A stretch of DNA of 64,000 nucleotides from Antedon mediterranea (Eukaryota > Animalia > Echinodermata), in NCBI RefSeq assembly GCF_964355755.1, contig NC_092674.1:29884001-29948000 (forward strand). Direction: 5' to 3'. A model generated the notes under the pieces. It searched no databases. It was not told where the DNA came from and saw nothing but the letters and a program-made list of their open reading frames with translations. Made by a program: the position numbers and the translations under genes. The stretch's first letter is position 1. Every line of letters starts with the position of its first letter. Positions 50,450 to 62,203 of this stretch are shown here, in pieces.

Positions 50450-52457
50450 GGCTTAGTTTAGGTCCATCTCGGCCGCCGACAACCTCGGCCGCCGGTTACA
50501 GAACGCGATATTGTATGGAGCGCCAAAAGTGCCTGTTATGATAGTGTAATAGTGACGACGTGGAATTACAGTCGAAGCGGCCGCCAACAAAAGCGGCTGC
50601 TAGTTCAATAACGGTAATCTGTATGGAACGCCCTGCCTGTGCGCTTTGATTGTCGTTGTTTTGTAATCTTAGATATATAATGCAATACTGTAGAAAGATT
50701 CGATAGTATGTAAATGAGATATAAAGATTCGGCAATACCGTACGTAAATTATTAATGCAATACTGTATAAAGATTCGATAGTATGTAAATGAGATATTAA
50801 GATTCGGCAATACCGTACGTAAATTATTAATGCAATACTGCATAAAGATTCGATAGTATGTAAATGAGATATAAAGATTCGGCAATACCGTACGTGAATT
50901 ATTAATACAATACTGTATAAAGATTCGATAGTATGTAAATGAGATATTAAGATTCGGCAATACCACCGTACGTACCGCTGACGGGGTTTCCCCTTTTTAA
51001 AAAAAACGCACTTATTAGTGTGTCAAATCATGGACAGGTAAAGATGACATCTATTACTAATAACCATACGTTTGAAACGTCTATAGGAGGCTTCTTGCAC
51101 GTGTTTTTGTGAAACGATCCAATGAGCTATGCTCGACGCGATTATGAGATCATGTTCCGAATATGAGCACTGTTTCTATAATTTGACAGTAGGATTTATA
51201 TATAATTTACGTATATACGTCGACGATACTATAGATTTTAATTTGAAAAATCTTTTATTTCTTCATTTATAATAATCATTTAATGTAAATAATTAAGTGC
51301 AACTTAGTGTCTCACATTCATACGCCGTTCGTAAATCTAAATGTTTAAATATCAGTACAGATTACCTCTTTGAGAATCGTGTCCACCTTATCCATACATT
51401 ATTCTCACGTCTATCATTAATTGTACATCATAGTCCTACTATAGGGCCGGTAGATTGATTTATAACGGCATAGTATCTACATATTTTATTATTATCCCAA
51501 AACCATGCTCACTTCAGAGTGGCGGATATCGAATGCAAAAATCATCATCCATGCATCATCTTCCTTTATTGCATAAACCTCCTAAGCCACCCCTAAGCTG
51601 GTATAGAACGAGTTTCGTAATTAACTGTGATTAAAAAATACGCAATAGGCGCGTCTACTTGTTTAACTATTACATTATTATTTATTATTTTCAAAACTTT
51701 AAATAGTGGCATGCCAATCTTTTCAAAAACTTGCACAATATTCAATAAAACAAAAACAAAACATTTTTAAAACAATTTTCTAAAAGAACACATTACACTT
51801 CATTAAAACCTGTAAGATAAAATGAAAACACAAATTATTTATAAATAATGAGATAATATTTATATTTACTGTACTTAAAAAATAACGATCGAGGTTAAAA
51901 ATAATGTCAAATAGTAGGCCTATTATTAGAAATTCTAATATTCAAAATTAACTGAAAACATAATGAGCGTTTTCATTAAAAATTTATCTAATGCGCCATA
52001 TACAAATTAGCGCGACCAAAATAAAACGCGACCGATATCAAACGTAACTAATATGATAAAAAGCGTATCTAGCGGCGCTCCATACAAAATACCGGATGTT
52101 GATTTTATCGCGACCGATTTCAAGCGCGACCGATTTCATCTGACACCTTTAGGGGTATCACAAATAATATTTTTTTAAAGTTAGCCAGCTTTAGATATAA
52201 AATAAATCGAATAATAAAATATATTGATATTGATTGATATCACTACTACTAATTTATTAATCTGAAAATTTTAGAAAAAAAGCATTTATTAAAACAATAA
52301 TTAAAAGTTAATTAATTAATTAGTATACATGTAGAATATGTGCGTATGCGCTGCATTACATTTTAATTACTCACAATACAAGCATCGGTGGCGTGCCATA
52401 CAATTCAGCTTTTTAATCTGGCGGCCGAGATTGTCGGCGGCCGAGATGGATCTAACC
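50450..52457. mobile_element. Non-autonomous DNA transposon, Mutator-like (9-bp TSD)
   Basis: About 70-bp imperfect TIRs (CCATCTCGGCCGCCGACAA(C/T)CTCGGCCGCC), TSD CCATGAGAG at 50441 and 52458; no transposase ORF. Confidence 0.8.
50679..50965. repeat. 75-bp tandem repeat (about 4 copies) inside the Mutator-like element
   Basis: ATGCAATACTG...AAGATTCGGCAATACCGTACG recurs with period 75. Confidence 0.92.
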
Positions 52458-52533
52458 CCATGAGAGGCCTATCTAGTCTACTGGCTCTACGCTCACACTA
52501 CTTAGCTGGTGTAGCCTGTGTGACCAACACATA

Positions 52534-53460
52534 CGCCCGTATTCTTAAACCGGACTTTAGTCGTAGTTTGAAGTTCGACTTGGAAAAGTCGTAGTTCGAG
52601 CTATTACTTCAAATTAAATTCAAAAACGAAGTAGTCGAAGTTTGCAGTTCGACTTAATGAAGTCGAACTTTTAGTCGAGTTGCACACGTCTGGGTAACAA
52701 AGGCTATACATTGGCCAATGACAAGAGAGTATTTGAGGAGCAGACAAAATTTTGCACATTGATATCACTTTCCATTTCTTACAACACTTTTTACGCATCA
52801 GGACTATATACATGAAAAATAATTTTAATCGTTAATTATTAGAACAATATCAGTATTAATTTAACAGTGAAGTATATTTGATTAACAACAAATAAAATCT
52901 TAAAAATATATTTAGGAACCATGGCGGTACGGTAACTTTTATATTTTCTAGGACCCCAACAAAGTATGATCGCCACGAACCACGCACTTCATAGCGTGAC
53001 AAGAAAGCGCTAGGCCCCCTAAACATTCCATCGCGTGGTGAATTGCCGCATCTCCCATTGTCGCTATGGCGTGACGTAGCTCAAGTCGGACTTGCGCGAA
53101 GAAAATAATGTAATTTGTATACAGTTGTAAATAAAGATGATTTTCATTATTATAATTTATACCAATGTATATTTAATTAAGCTAATATAAATATAGATAT
53201 TTCATTCTTCAATATCTGGCCAATATAACAACTCAATGACTGTTACGTTTTTTATAAACATCGTTTAAAAACCATTTAGTCGACCATTTAGTCTGCCCCC
53301 TCCAGGACTAAAAAAATCGATCAAAATCCGTCTCGATTTAGTCGAGGTTGACCTGATTTAGTCGGTGATTTAGTTGAAGTTCGGTTTATGAATTAAAATG
53401 ACGTCATTTTTTTAGTTTTAGCTCGAACTACGACTAAAGTCCGGTTTAAGAATACGGGCG
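52534..53460. mobile_element. Non-autonomous PIF/Harbinger-like element
   Basis: Perfect 35-bp TIR CGCCCGTATTCTTAAACCGGACTTTAGTCGTAGTT, 3-bp TSD ATA. Confidence 0.87.
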
Positions 53461-53620
53461 ATAATATTATTACAATTTCACTCAATAATTCATCAACTCA
53501 TTAATAAATTAAAATATTCCTATGCCTAAAAAGTATTATTGGTGAATGAAGAAACAAATTCAACACATGTTTATCAATATTTTATTTTTTTTGTACTTTT
53601 GTTTCTTCCTAATTTAAAAG

Positions 53621-53705
53621 GCAAAATACCTTGCTCAAATAATAGTGCTAGGAGCTCAAGTTGTTGGACGTGCATTTACTAAAGCTTTGCAACAAGAAAT
53701 ACAGG
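53621..53705 (+). CDS. PAM16: PAM16 (Tim16/Magmas) exon 2
   Basis: [28 protein letters not shown]; phase 0-1. Confidence 0.95.
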
Positions 53706-53936
53706 GTTAGTATACAGTACATTTAAATTTGAAATAAATACAATTTTTTCTTATAAATTGTTCACTGTCTAAAAATTTTTTACAAATTGTTTTGTTTTGT
53801 CAGTTTTTTAATCAAGTGGTATTTTTGACTGACATCGTTATGTGAATTGTTACAATTTTTCATCTATACAGTAGCTGGTACATCACAGATAGTTTATCGT
53901 TATTTAACAAAATTTGTACATTGTTTTACATTACAG

Positions 53937-54145
53937 CGAGTCAAGCAGCAGCAAGATCAGCTGGAGGGGGGAAACGAGGCGCCAAAGCGGCTGCTGCAAA
54001 CAGCCTCACAGGAATGACAGCAGAGGAAGCACAGAAAATACTCAACGTTTCCAAAATTGATGAAGAGGCTATTAATAAACAATATGAACATTTATTTAAA
54101 GTTAATGATAAAGCGAAAGGAGGATCTTTTTATTTACAATCTAAG
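53937..54145 (+). CDS. PAM16: PAM16 exon 3 (J-like domain)
   Basis: ASQAAA...[13 protein letters not shown]...[21 protein letters not shown]. Confidence 0.96.
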
Positions 54146-54207
54146 GTATTTAACTTTTCATATTTTTATTTTACAAATGTACATGATTTTTTTTTAGATT
54201 CTAACTA

Positions 54208-55015
54208 CTCTGAATTTTTAACTTTTTTACAATCAGAATTTTTAACTTTTATACAATAAGGATTTTTAACTTTTATACAATCAGAATTTTTAACTTTTAT
54301 ACCATCAGAATTTCCAACGTTTATACAATCATAATGTTTAAAGACCCCTTCCCTGCAATTTTGGACGTTTTTTGGAAAATAATACATATATATCACTTTA
54401 AAAACATTAAACCATGTCATTCCTTGTCTTAAATGTACGTTTTATGGTAAATTATGATAAAAAGTGAGAAACAATGCACTACCTAAGTAGCTCGCGGCGA
54501 TCGACCTCTTGTGGACGGTCTTAGGCCTAGCCTAGCTAGGCTTAGTTTTGTAGGCCTAGCTGGTAAACATCGATAACGTACGAACATCGTACGCTAGCTA
54601 TATACCTAGCCTGACGTTGTATAGTTGCTGCATTAATTGTCTTTCTATTTTTGCCAGACTCCGTTGATACAAATTGGGGAAAACCCGGTATTTTCGCTGA
54701 AAAGTTAGGAGTCTTCCATTTGTTTTGGCTTCACGATCGATCGAAAAGTGGGCGAATTACAGGTGAAAAACAAAAATATCAATCCGCGCGCAATGCATTT
54801 TGGGATTTATAGCGGGCCGCTATAATTATTAGAATCGATTTATTTTTCACATTTTTAACCGTTTAAAGACGAAAAAAGTTATCGCAATAGGACCATATAG
54901 TATTATTTTTACATTAAATATAGTTTGTGATCTTAAATTAGATCTAAAAAACGTAGGGAATGGGGCTTTAACTTTTATACAATTAGAATTTTTAACTTTT
55001 AGACAATTAGAATGT
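54208..55015. repeat. 24-bp tandem repeat split by a MITE
   Basis: AATCAGAATTTTTAACTTTTATAC units at 54208-54341 and 54968-55015. Confidence 0.85.
54342..54967. mobile_element. TTAA-targeting MITE, Kolobok-like (AG...CT termini)
   Basis: TTAA|AGACCCCTTCCCT...AGGGAATGGGGCT|TTAA; interrupts a 24-bp tandem repeat. Confidence 0.78.
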
Positions 55016-55381
55016 TCAGATAGCAATTGTATTTTTAGAACACTTTATTAACATTTTATTATAGCATATTTTTCTATGTAATTTTCTAAATTTGTTAAAT
55101 CTTGGTATTATTTAATCCTAGTTGGCTGGTCAAGCACATCACAAGATGTCAGTTTTATTACTTTTACGTTATACTTGTGTTATTTTTTGTTATGTAGAAA
55201 GATTAAAAATAAATAAATTATTTGTTATTATTATTAAACCTTTCTTGATGAGGTTTCGCCCTACAGATTCAACAATAGTAAGTTCATCAAGTTTTCAACA
55301 CATACCTTCTAGTATCCATTTCATGCTATTTAGTTAAGACTAAGAGTTTTCAGTATTCAGCTTAACTTTGTTTCGTTTCAG

Positions 55382-55483
55382 ATTGTAAGGGCAAAAGAAA
55401 GATTAGACCAAGAAATAGAGGAAGTAAATGAAGCAGCATCACGTAAAAAGATAAAAGATGGAACAGAGAAACAAGGAACATGA
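55382..55483 (+). CDS. PAM16: PAM16 last exon
   Basis: IVRAKERLDQE...QGT-TGA; phase 0. Confidence 0.93.
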   Translation: MVRAKERLDQEIEEVNEAASRKKIKDGTEKQGT

Positions 55484-56606
55484 CAGAAAAAAAAAGAACA
55501 ATAGGACTATTCAGTCATAAAGAAAAATAAATTTGGACCATCTGTATGTAATATGAAGAAATGGTAGTGGTCGAATGACATAGTGCACTGCTTACAATGC
55601 TGTGATCCTAGGTTCAAATCGTATGATTTGAATGTTGTATCTTCATTAATCAGAGAATTATCTCTATCTTTTGGAACCAGGAGTGTCACATGATGTGTAA
55701 TTCACAGTGTGAAATAATTCTTCTGGTATTTATAGTCTCTCACATTCTAGAGGATTTAATTCTATCATAGAGATATTATTACTATAATATCTCTATGATT
55801 CTATTCAGTATAAAGATGAATTTTAATAACTCCCCATCACAGCACCATTTTAGAACTAGAAAGATGTAACTGAATGAGAGTATAGTTTCTCGCTGTTCAA
55901 ATACAATTTTGCAATTATTAAAAATGTATTTCTTTGCTTTTCAAACAATTTCACAGGCGACGCAAGGTTTTGCTTCATTCAGCAAATTTGACTTGAATTA
56001 TACAATAGTGCCAAATTGTATACTATAATTATATTTCAGCAATAAATTGATTCATCAGTTTTCAACTTTTAATTATACTTTATGGTGTATGTATGTTGCA
56101 GACTCATGATATCTCCCACTACAGTATAATAATATGGCTCTCTGTCTGACAATGTTATAGCACCCTCTATAGTTTGGATATGCTATTAAAACAACTTCCC
56201 AAAATGTTATTTTCCCAAGTCTGGAGGTCTGTATGTCATGTAATACATATTGATCAAACTCCCTGATATAACATTACAATTACTGTACTCTTGACATCCT
56301 CTTCCTTTTATTGAGAAATATAGTATTCAAACACACAATTGAAAGGAATTGTAAAAACACAATGTTTTAAGTTTATTATTTTAAAATATTTACTTTTTGT
56401 ACATCAATGTACTGGTACCCCCTGCCATCTATTGCCATGGCAATAAGGACAGTAAGATGCATTTTTAATACTGTGTTTATACTCACTATGTATCATTTTA
56501 GATTAACAAAACAAAATCATTTTGGGTTATGTTGTAAATTTTGACAAAAATAAAGGTTATAAACATGCACATTTTACATTGAATAAATATCTTCACTGAT
56601 TTTTAA

Positions 56607-57211
56607 CACATTGACTGCCAAGGCATTTTCCGTAATTTCTGTCCCAGTGCCAAGTCCCGTTTACATATTAAATTACAGTTTGAAAGTGTAACATCTGGTC
56701 ACAGACTATCATGATGTCATTCAAAATACGATGGCGGGAAAAACCGTTGAGACGTATAAATACGTCACTGGCAATGGTCCAACAATTTTATTGACTTTGC
56801 CAGGAACGTAAATATACGTCGGGGATTTTCCGCGCTAAAATCGGTCAAACCTATCATCGAGAGATAAAAACAGTAAACCACACTGAATCATTTCATCCTT
56901 TATTATTTTTATTTACTATTAGCGCAATTTATGACATGTTTGAGATGATTATATTGAGTGTGAGGGCGCCATCGTATCAACCATATTCAATGCATGAGGG
57001 AATAAACACAAACAAACATATGACATTTATTTTTAGATTATCGTTTACGTACATCATTCATAAACTGCCATGCGATAATTCCTGTTCCAATCACCACTGC
57101 CAGCGATTCTACATACAATACAAAAGTGCTACGATTTTGACGTAGTATTACGTCTTGGCAAGTAGCGACACGCAATTTTTGACGTATAAATACGCCGTGG
57201 CAGTGAACGTG
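56607..57211. mobile_element. TTAA-targeting MITE, piggyBac-like
   Basis: TTAA|CACATTGACTGCCA...TGGCAGTGAACGTG|TTAA; repeated quasi-palindromic GACGTATAAATACG subterminal motifs. Confidence 0.82.
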
Positions 57212-57678
57212 TTAAGGCCATTGCTTTTTTTTTTCAAAAATTTTGCCTGAGGCATTAAAAACTTTAAACACTATTTACAAATACATTAATAATATAAAAA
57301 TACATTTAATAATATAAAAAATGTAATTTACCAAGTTGGAATTAAAAAAAATTGCACCAATTCTATAAAAATGTAGTCTCCGTCAACAGCAGATACAGTA
57401 CAGTAATTATGGGGTTGCTGAAGGTACTCATCCCCATCCCTTTCCACCAAACAAGCACTTATAATAATAACTGTGTTTTGTATAGTGTCTAACCAAAACA
57501 AATTTTCTCTAAAGCGCTACGACCAAAATAAATTTCAAGGCTTGAACTAGGTAGAAATTACGTCATTTCATATGCTATGAAAAAGAGATGGGTTTTCAGC
57601 AACTGTTTGAAGATGTCAATAGAATTGGCATTCTTGAATGATGGTGGAAGAGTATTATCTCATGTTAACATAAGCTGT

Positions 57679-58331
57679 TTACTTGCTTAGTGTAGATATA
57701 ACTGTAGACAAAGCTGGACAGTGCCCTGATTGCAATTGTTCTGATTTAATAAAAGGCAATTTAAGATCACCTTCATTCAACATCAGCAAGTTTTGTTCTT
57801 TGGCGAGTTGAGTCGATAATATAGAAGCGTTCTCAATTTTGGTAAATTGGCCCTCGGATTCGAGATTGTTGTTAGTTTTACTAGAAATCATAACCTGAGT
57901 TTTCGATAATACATCATGTGACTTTGTTGAATCGAGAATGTTGTTTGGTGAATTTCCTTGTACGACTGATAACATGCGTGAAACAGGCAGATACTGCGGT
58001 GGGAAATTTAAAATATGAGGTAGGGATGGTGGGGTTCTTAATTTTTTGAGCAGCATTGGGTACACAATATGTTGGTCTTGCGTTAGCAAAACGTCCGGTA
58101 TCACTGCTTTAACTGGTTTTGATGACGGGTTCTCTGGTTTTGAGATGTAATGGTTATGCGATCTTGCGTGTTTTCTAAGTGAGCTTGGGTCAGTGTAGCA
58201 TTTATTACAGTCGGGCGCTTTACAAACGTACGGTTTATCAACTACGTGTGTTCTGGAGTGTTTGAAGCGATCACTTGAGTTTGAGTAACGCTTATTGCAT
58301 CCTTTCACTGGACACATATACGGTTTTTCTC
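57679..58331 (-). CDS. GLIS2: GLIS2 last exon (ZF4-5 and C-terminus)
   Basis: [35 protein letters not shown]...[14 protein letters not shown]2-type fingers. Confidence 0.93.
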
Positions 58332-58476
58332 CTTTGAAATAAAGAAACAAAATGAATTAATAGAAAAAAGCTGTAGAGACACTGTATTAGTATAAAATAC
58401 ACACAAATTGCCTCGTTTCATTTATTACAGTTCTGTACATAGACAGATCCTAAATTATGCACAAAATAGGGTATAT

Positions 58477-58613
58477 GGCTCTGTCTACACTATCAAACTT
58501 TATGTGACAAAAAATGTAATGTGCCCATATATGAACATGATGATGTCATATCACTACCATATATGGGCACATCACATTTTTTTTCAAACTAGTTTGATAG
58601 TGTAGACAGAGCT
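58477..58613. mobile_element. MITE family A copy
   Basis: Near-perfect TIRs. Confidence 0.87.
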
Positions 58614-58878
58614 TTAGGTTCATGTTACGGTCCTATTCCCCATATGTATAAAATGTTTCTTCTGGAAAACAGAGACTAATAATTTTACTTTATATTTGGC
58701 CAAAAAAATCAAAATAAACATTAACATTGATAAATTCAATGTTATGAGACTTCACATGATATTTGATGAATGTTGATAAAGATTACTGATAAATTGATGA
58801 GATAATGATAGAGCTACTAGTCTCATAATGATAGAGCTACTAGTCTCATAATGTTTATAATCAAATTAGGGGCTTTCA

Positions 58879-59022
<144 letters not shown>

Positions 59023-59544
59023 TTATATTAATGAAAATTTATATAGAAGTATTGTCTTTATACATGGAGGAAATTTATTATTATATATTTGTTAATTGAT
59101 TGCTAAAGAAAATTGTTTATAAAAACGTATTGTCCTTATACATGGAGGAATTATTTAGATAAATCCTTTAATTATATAACATTTTAACGTTAAAAGGTTA
59201 CTAAAAGGTTAAAGTACTGTATTTTCTGGAAAAATCCATCCAAATATTAATACATCATAGGTTCTCAAGCATTTTCTGTACCATGGACCAGATTGTAATT
59301 TACAAATAATCTTGTGGGCCAGATATAAAGAAGAGCATACTGTATATAGTTACAAGGAGCCTTGGACATTAACACCTCTTTTAACATTATTTTTATTTAA
59401 AAAAAATTGGTTTAGCACTATAAAATGGATGCATTTAGCCTTTGGGCTGCCTGATAAAACCCCTGCATTAAATAATATACACTTGGAGGACATCTGGGCA
59501 CAGAAACTAAGACCAGGCAGGTATCCCTGCCTGCTAAAACATAC

Positions 59545-59858
59545 TTTGCATTGAATTTCTTGCCGTTACGGGTGCAGCCAACCCATTTACAACAATACCC
59601 AGTAGCGTTGTCCAGCAAGATGTGACACTGGTTCACATGGTTGACTAAATCCTCCTGCGTTGTAAACTTAAGAAAGCAATTCAACCAATCACAGCTGAGA
59701 ACCTCAATCACATGATTATGTGTTAACTGTCCTCCTGGAGCGGTGGTTAAGCCTGATGCCGTGGTGATGGTAAATTGGTCAGCCACATCCTGCATTTTCA
59801 CAAAGTCAGGTTCGGACAAATGAGTCAAAGTTGTCACATCTTGGTTTATATTTTGAAA
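59545..59858 (-). CDS. GLIS2: GLIS2 exon (ZF1, ZF2 start)
   Basis: CDWLNC...LVNHVNQCH...CKWVGCTRNGKKFNA; phase 0-2. Confidence 0.9.
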
Positions 59859-60242
59859 CTGAATTATAAAATAAATTCATTGTATTTTATTTATTTACCA
59901 GTAAAAATCAAGTTTTAGTTCAATTTTTTAATGCTACAACTACAATACTTAATTATAGTATTTATTGTACAGTTTTCTTAGCTTACAGTCGTCAAAGTGA
60001 ACATTCACATTAAAAATGAACACTAATATTAAATGATGATATTTTTCATAAACAATGGGCCAATGGCCATGAAAAAGATTGATTGATTCACAAGATGAAT
60101 TTATTTTGACGATGAAAACTTGAGTTGATAATCATTTGTTGTATTTATGCAAATGTCCGATGCCTAGCAACAGTCTACCCATGTGGTCGTTAAGTGAGAG
60201 AAATGTAAAGCTGTCAAAGCAATTTAACATTCTGAGTGAGGA

Positions 60243-60325
60243 TAGTATGTACTGTATGATGTCGTATCCTGCCAATAGTGTGTACTGTATGATGTCGTAT
60301 CCTGCCAATAGTGTGTACTGTATGA
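60243..60325. repeat. 34-bp tandem duplication (about 2.5 copies)
   Basis: TAGTGTGTACTGTATGATGTCGTATCCTGCCAA-type unit. Confidence 0.85.
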
Positions 60326-61663
60326 ACATGGATGATGGTACTGTAGTATGAAGTAGTACCTTACGTTGACCATTTTTAATACAATCATCGAGATATTATA
60401 GTGAACTCATATAATATCTCTATGCTATACAATATAAGCTAATTAAAATTGTACAGTACAAATTTCTTTTACTTTAAGCAGGAAAATGTACCTAATATGT
60501 TATAAATTTGTTTTATTGAAAGAAATACAAATTTCACTGATAACATTAAATAACAAACACAACAGATACCATTAGAATAATCATCACATAAATGAACTCA
60601 TCCTCATCTATACAATTCTAAAAATTAACTACATTATTAAAATGTATTACATGTGAATGTTTTGAAATGAAATATAAAAAAAACACTGATAATCATTAAT
60701 AAAATGGACCATTGCCATCAGCATCTAAATATTTAGATAACTAGATTTACTATTATCCAGTGTTTTCATTACGGTATACCTCCAACAACCAAATACCCCC
60801 TGCAAAGATATTCCTCATGAAACAACAGAACAGAATACACAAACCAAGACAGACTGGTAATGAAATCATCCCTGACACAATTCCTTCATGTTTACAAAAT
60901 TAGACCCCCTGCTGAGCCATCATATTTGCACAAAATTGAGGAAAATTGCAAGAAACTCAGCCAGTTATGTCATTTATTACGTTAAGGTCAATCTTCGGAC
61001 CCCCTGCTGAGAAATTTCAATTGAAAAATTATAAATTGACTGAATTATGTCAGATTGAGGGAGTTCATTACACCCATGTACAGCAAAAAGCATCCACAAC
61101 AAAATATTATATATGTTCTGAAAAAACTGAAAATATCTCGCATATGATATTTATTTTATTTTATTTCATGATAAAATAAAGTAAAATTGTAACATTGTAA
61201 AGCTAAGAAATAAAACAAGGACAACTAAAAAGCTTTTACAATTAGTGGTGCCCTAAAAAATATATAACTAAAAAAAACAAGATGAAATGTGTGTGCAAAG
61301 CAAGGTATTATTATGTTATTCAAATATGAAAAAAAAAGTAAACATTTTCACTGTTGACAGTATAATTATTAGATGCAAAACTCAAAGACCAACAATCATA
61401 AAATTAAGATGAACTGCCAATCAAATAAACTTGCAAACTAACTCAGGTTGTAGCAATTCTATTGTGCAATTTTTGGGTTAGGTGAACCATTTAAGCCCAG
61501 GCTAAAATTAAGTTTATTTAAATTGGATGAAAGATGAGACCATTATGAACACCACCATACTAACTACATCCATCTATTAATAATTATTACATGATGATCT
61601 GTATGGCCATTAAGCTTAAGTTTTTAAAATTAGTTCGTAATTATTGGAAAATGTTGTACTTAC

Positions 61664-61849
61664 ATTCATAATGGTCTTGTCTTGGTCCAGTTTGTGTTCA
61701 GAGGCTGTCAGGGATAATGGAAGATCCGTTATAGGAGCAACAGTGAAAACCACGGAAGAGTCCATTATAGTTGAGGTAGAAAGATCCAATGGTTTAGAAG
61801 TATTTAGGTTTGTTGCATTAGTTGTTGTATCATGGATTATTCCATTCAT
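61664..61849 (-). CDS. GLIS2: GLIS2 probable first coding exon (acceptor at 61860, ATG at 61849)
   Basis: Open frame with PLDLS CtBP motif, ends AAT|gtaagt in phase 0; an upstream exon may extend it. Confidence 0.7.
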
Positions 61850-62203
61850 CACAATCAACCCTGCAAATAAAATCATAATTCATTTAGTAATTATAAATTT
61901 AAATTATCAATTTTGAAGGAGGTTGGTCTGCGAGAGAAAATGGGAAAAAAGGTTTTCATAGAGTTTGGCAAGTTGAGATTCTCAATTCTAACTTTTAAGA
62001 TCAAAAGAATTAGATTTTATAAAAACGTTTATTTTATTTATTCTGTGTGTGTTTAATTATTCTTGAAAACCCAGCAGCCCAGCTAGGGGTGCAAGAATTG
62101 TACCCTCAGACAAGAAGCAATCTGATTGGCCAATACTTTCTATGTGTAAACTTCTTAAATGGGTAGGAAACAACTGATATATAATAATATTACTATCACT
62201 GAT

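Noticed and set aside
50496-50966. 156-aa ORF in the transposon as a possible transposase or cargo gene
   Set aside because: Made of the 75-bp tandem repeat; no DDE or DNA-binding motifs
55481-55490. Stop-codon readthrough or selenocysteine at the PAM16 TGA
   Set aside because: Context TGA-CAG is not the TGA-CTA readthrough motif, no SECIS recognised, and the protein is already full length
58408-58605. ORFs sharing HIWAHHIF / KLCLHYQT peptides (also 41277, 43336, 43571)
   Set aside because: Shared peptides come from MITE family A sequence, not a gene family
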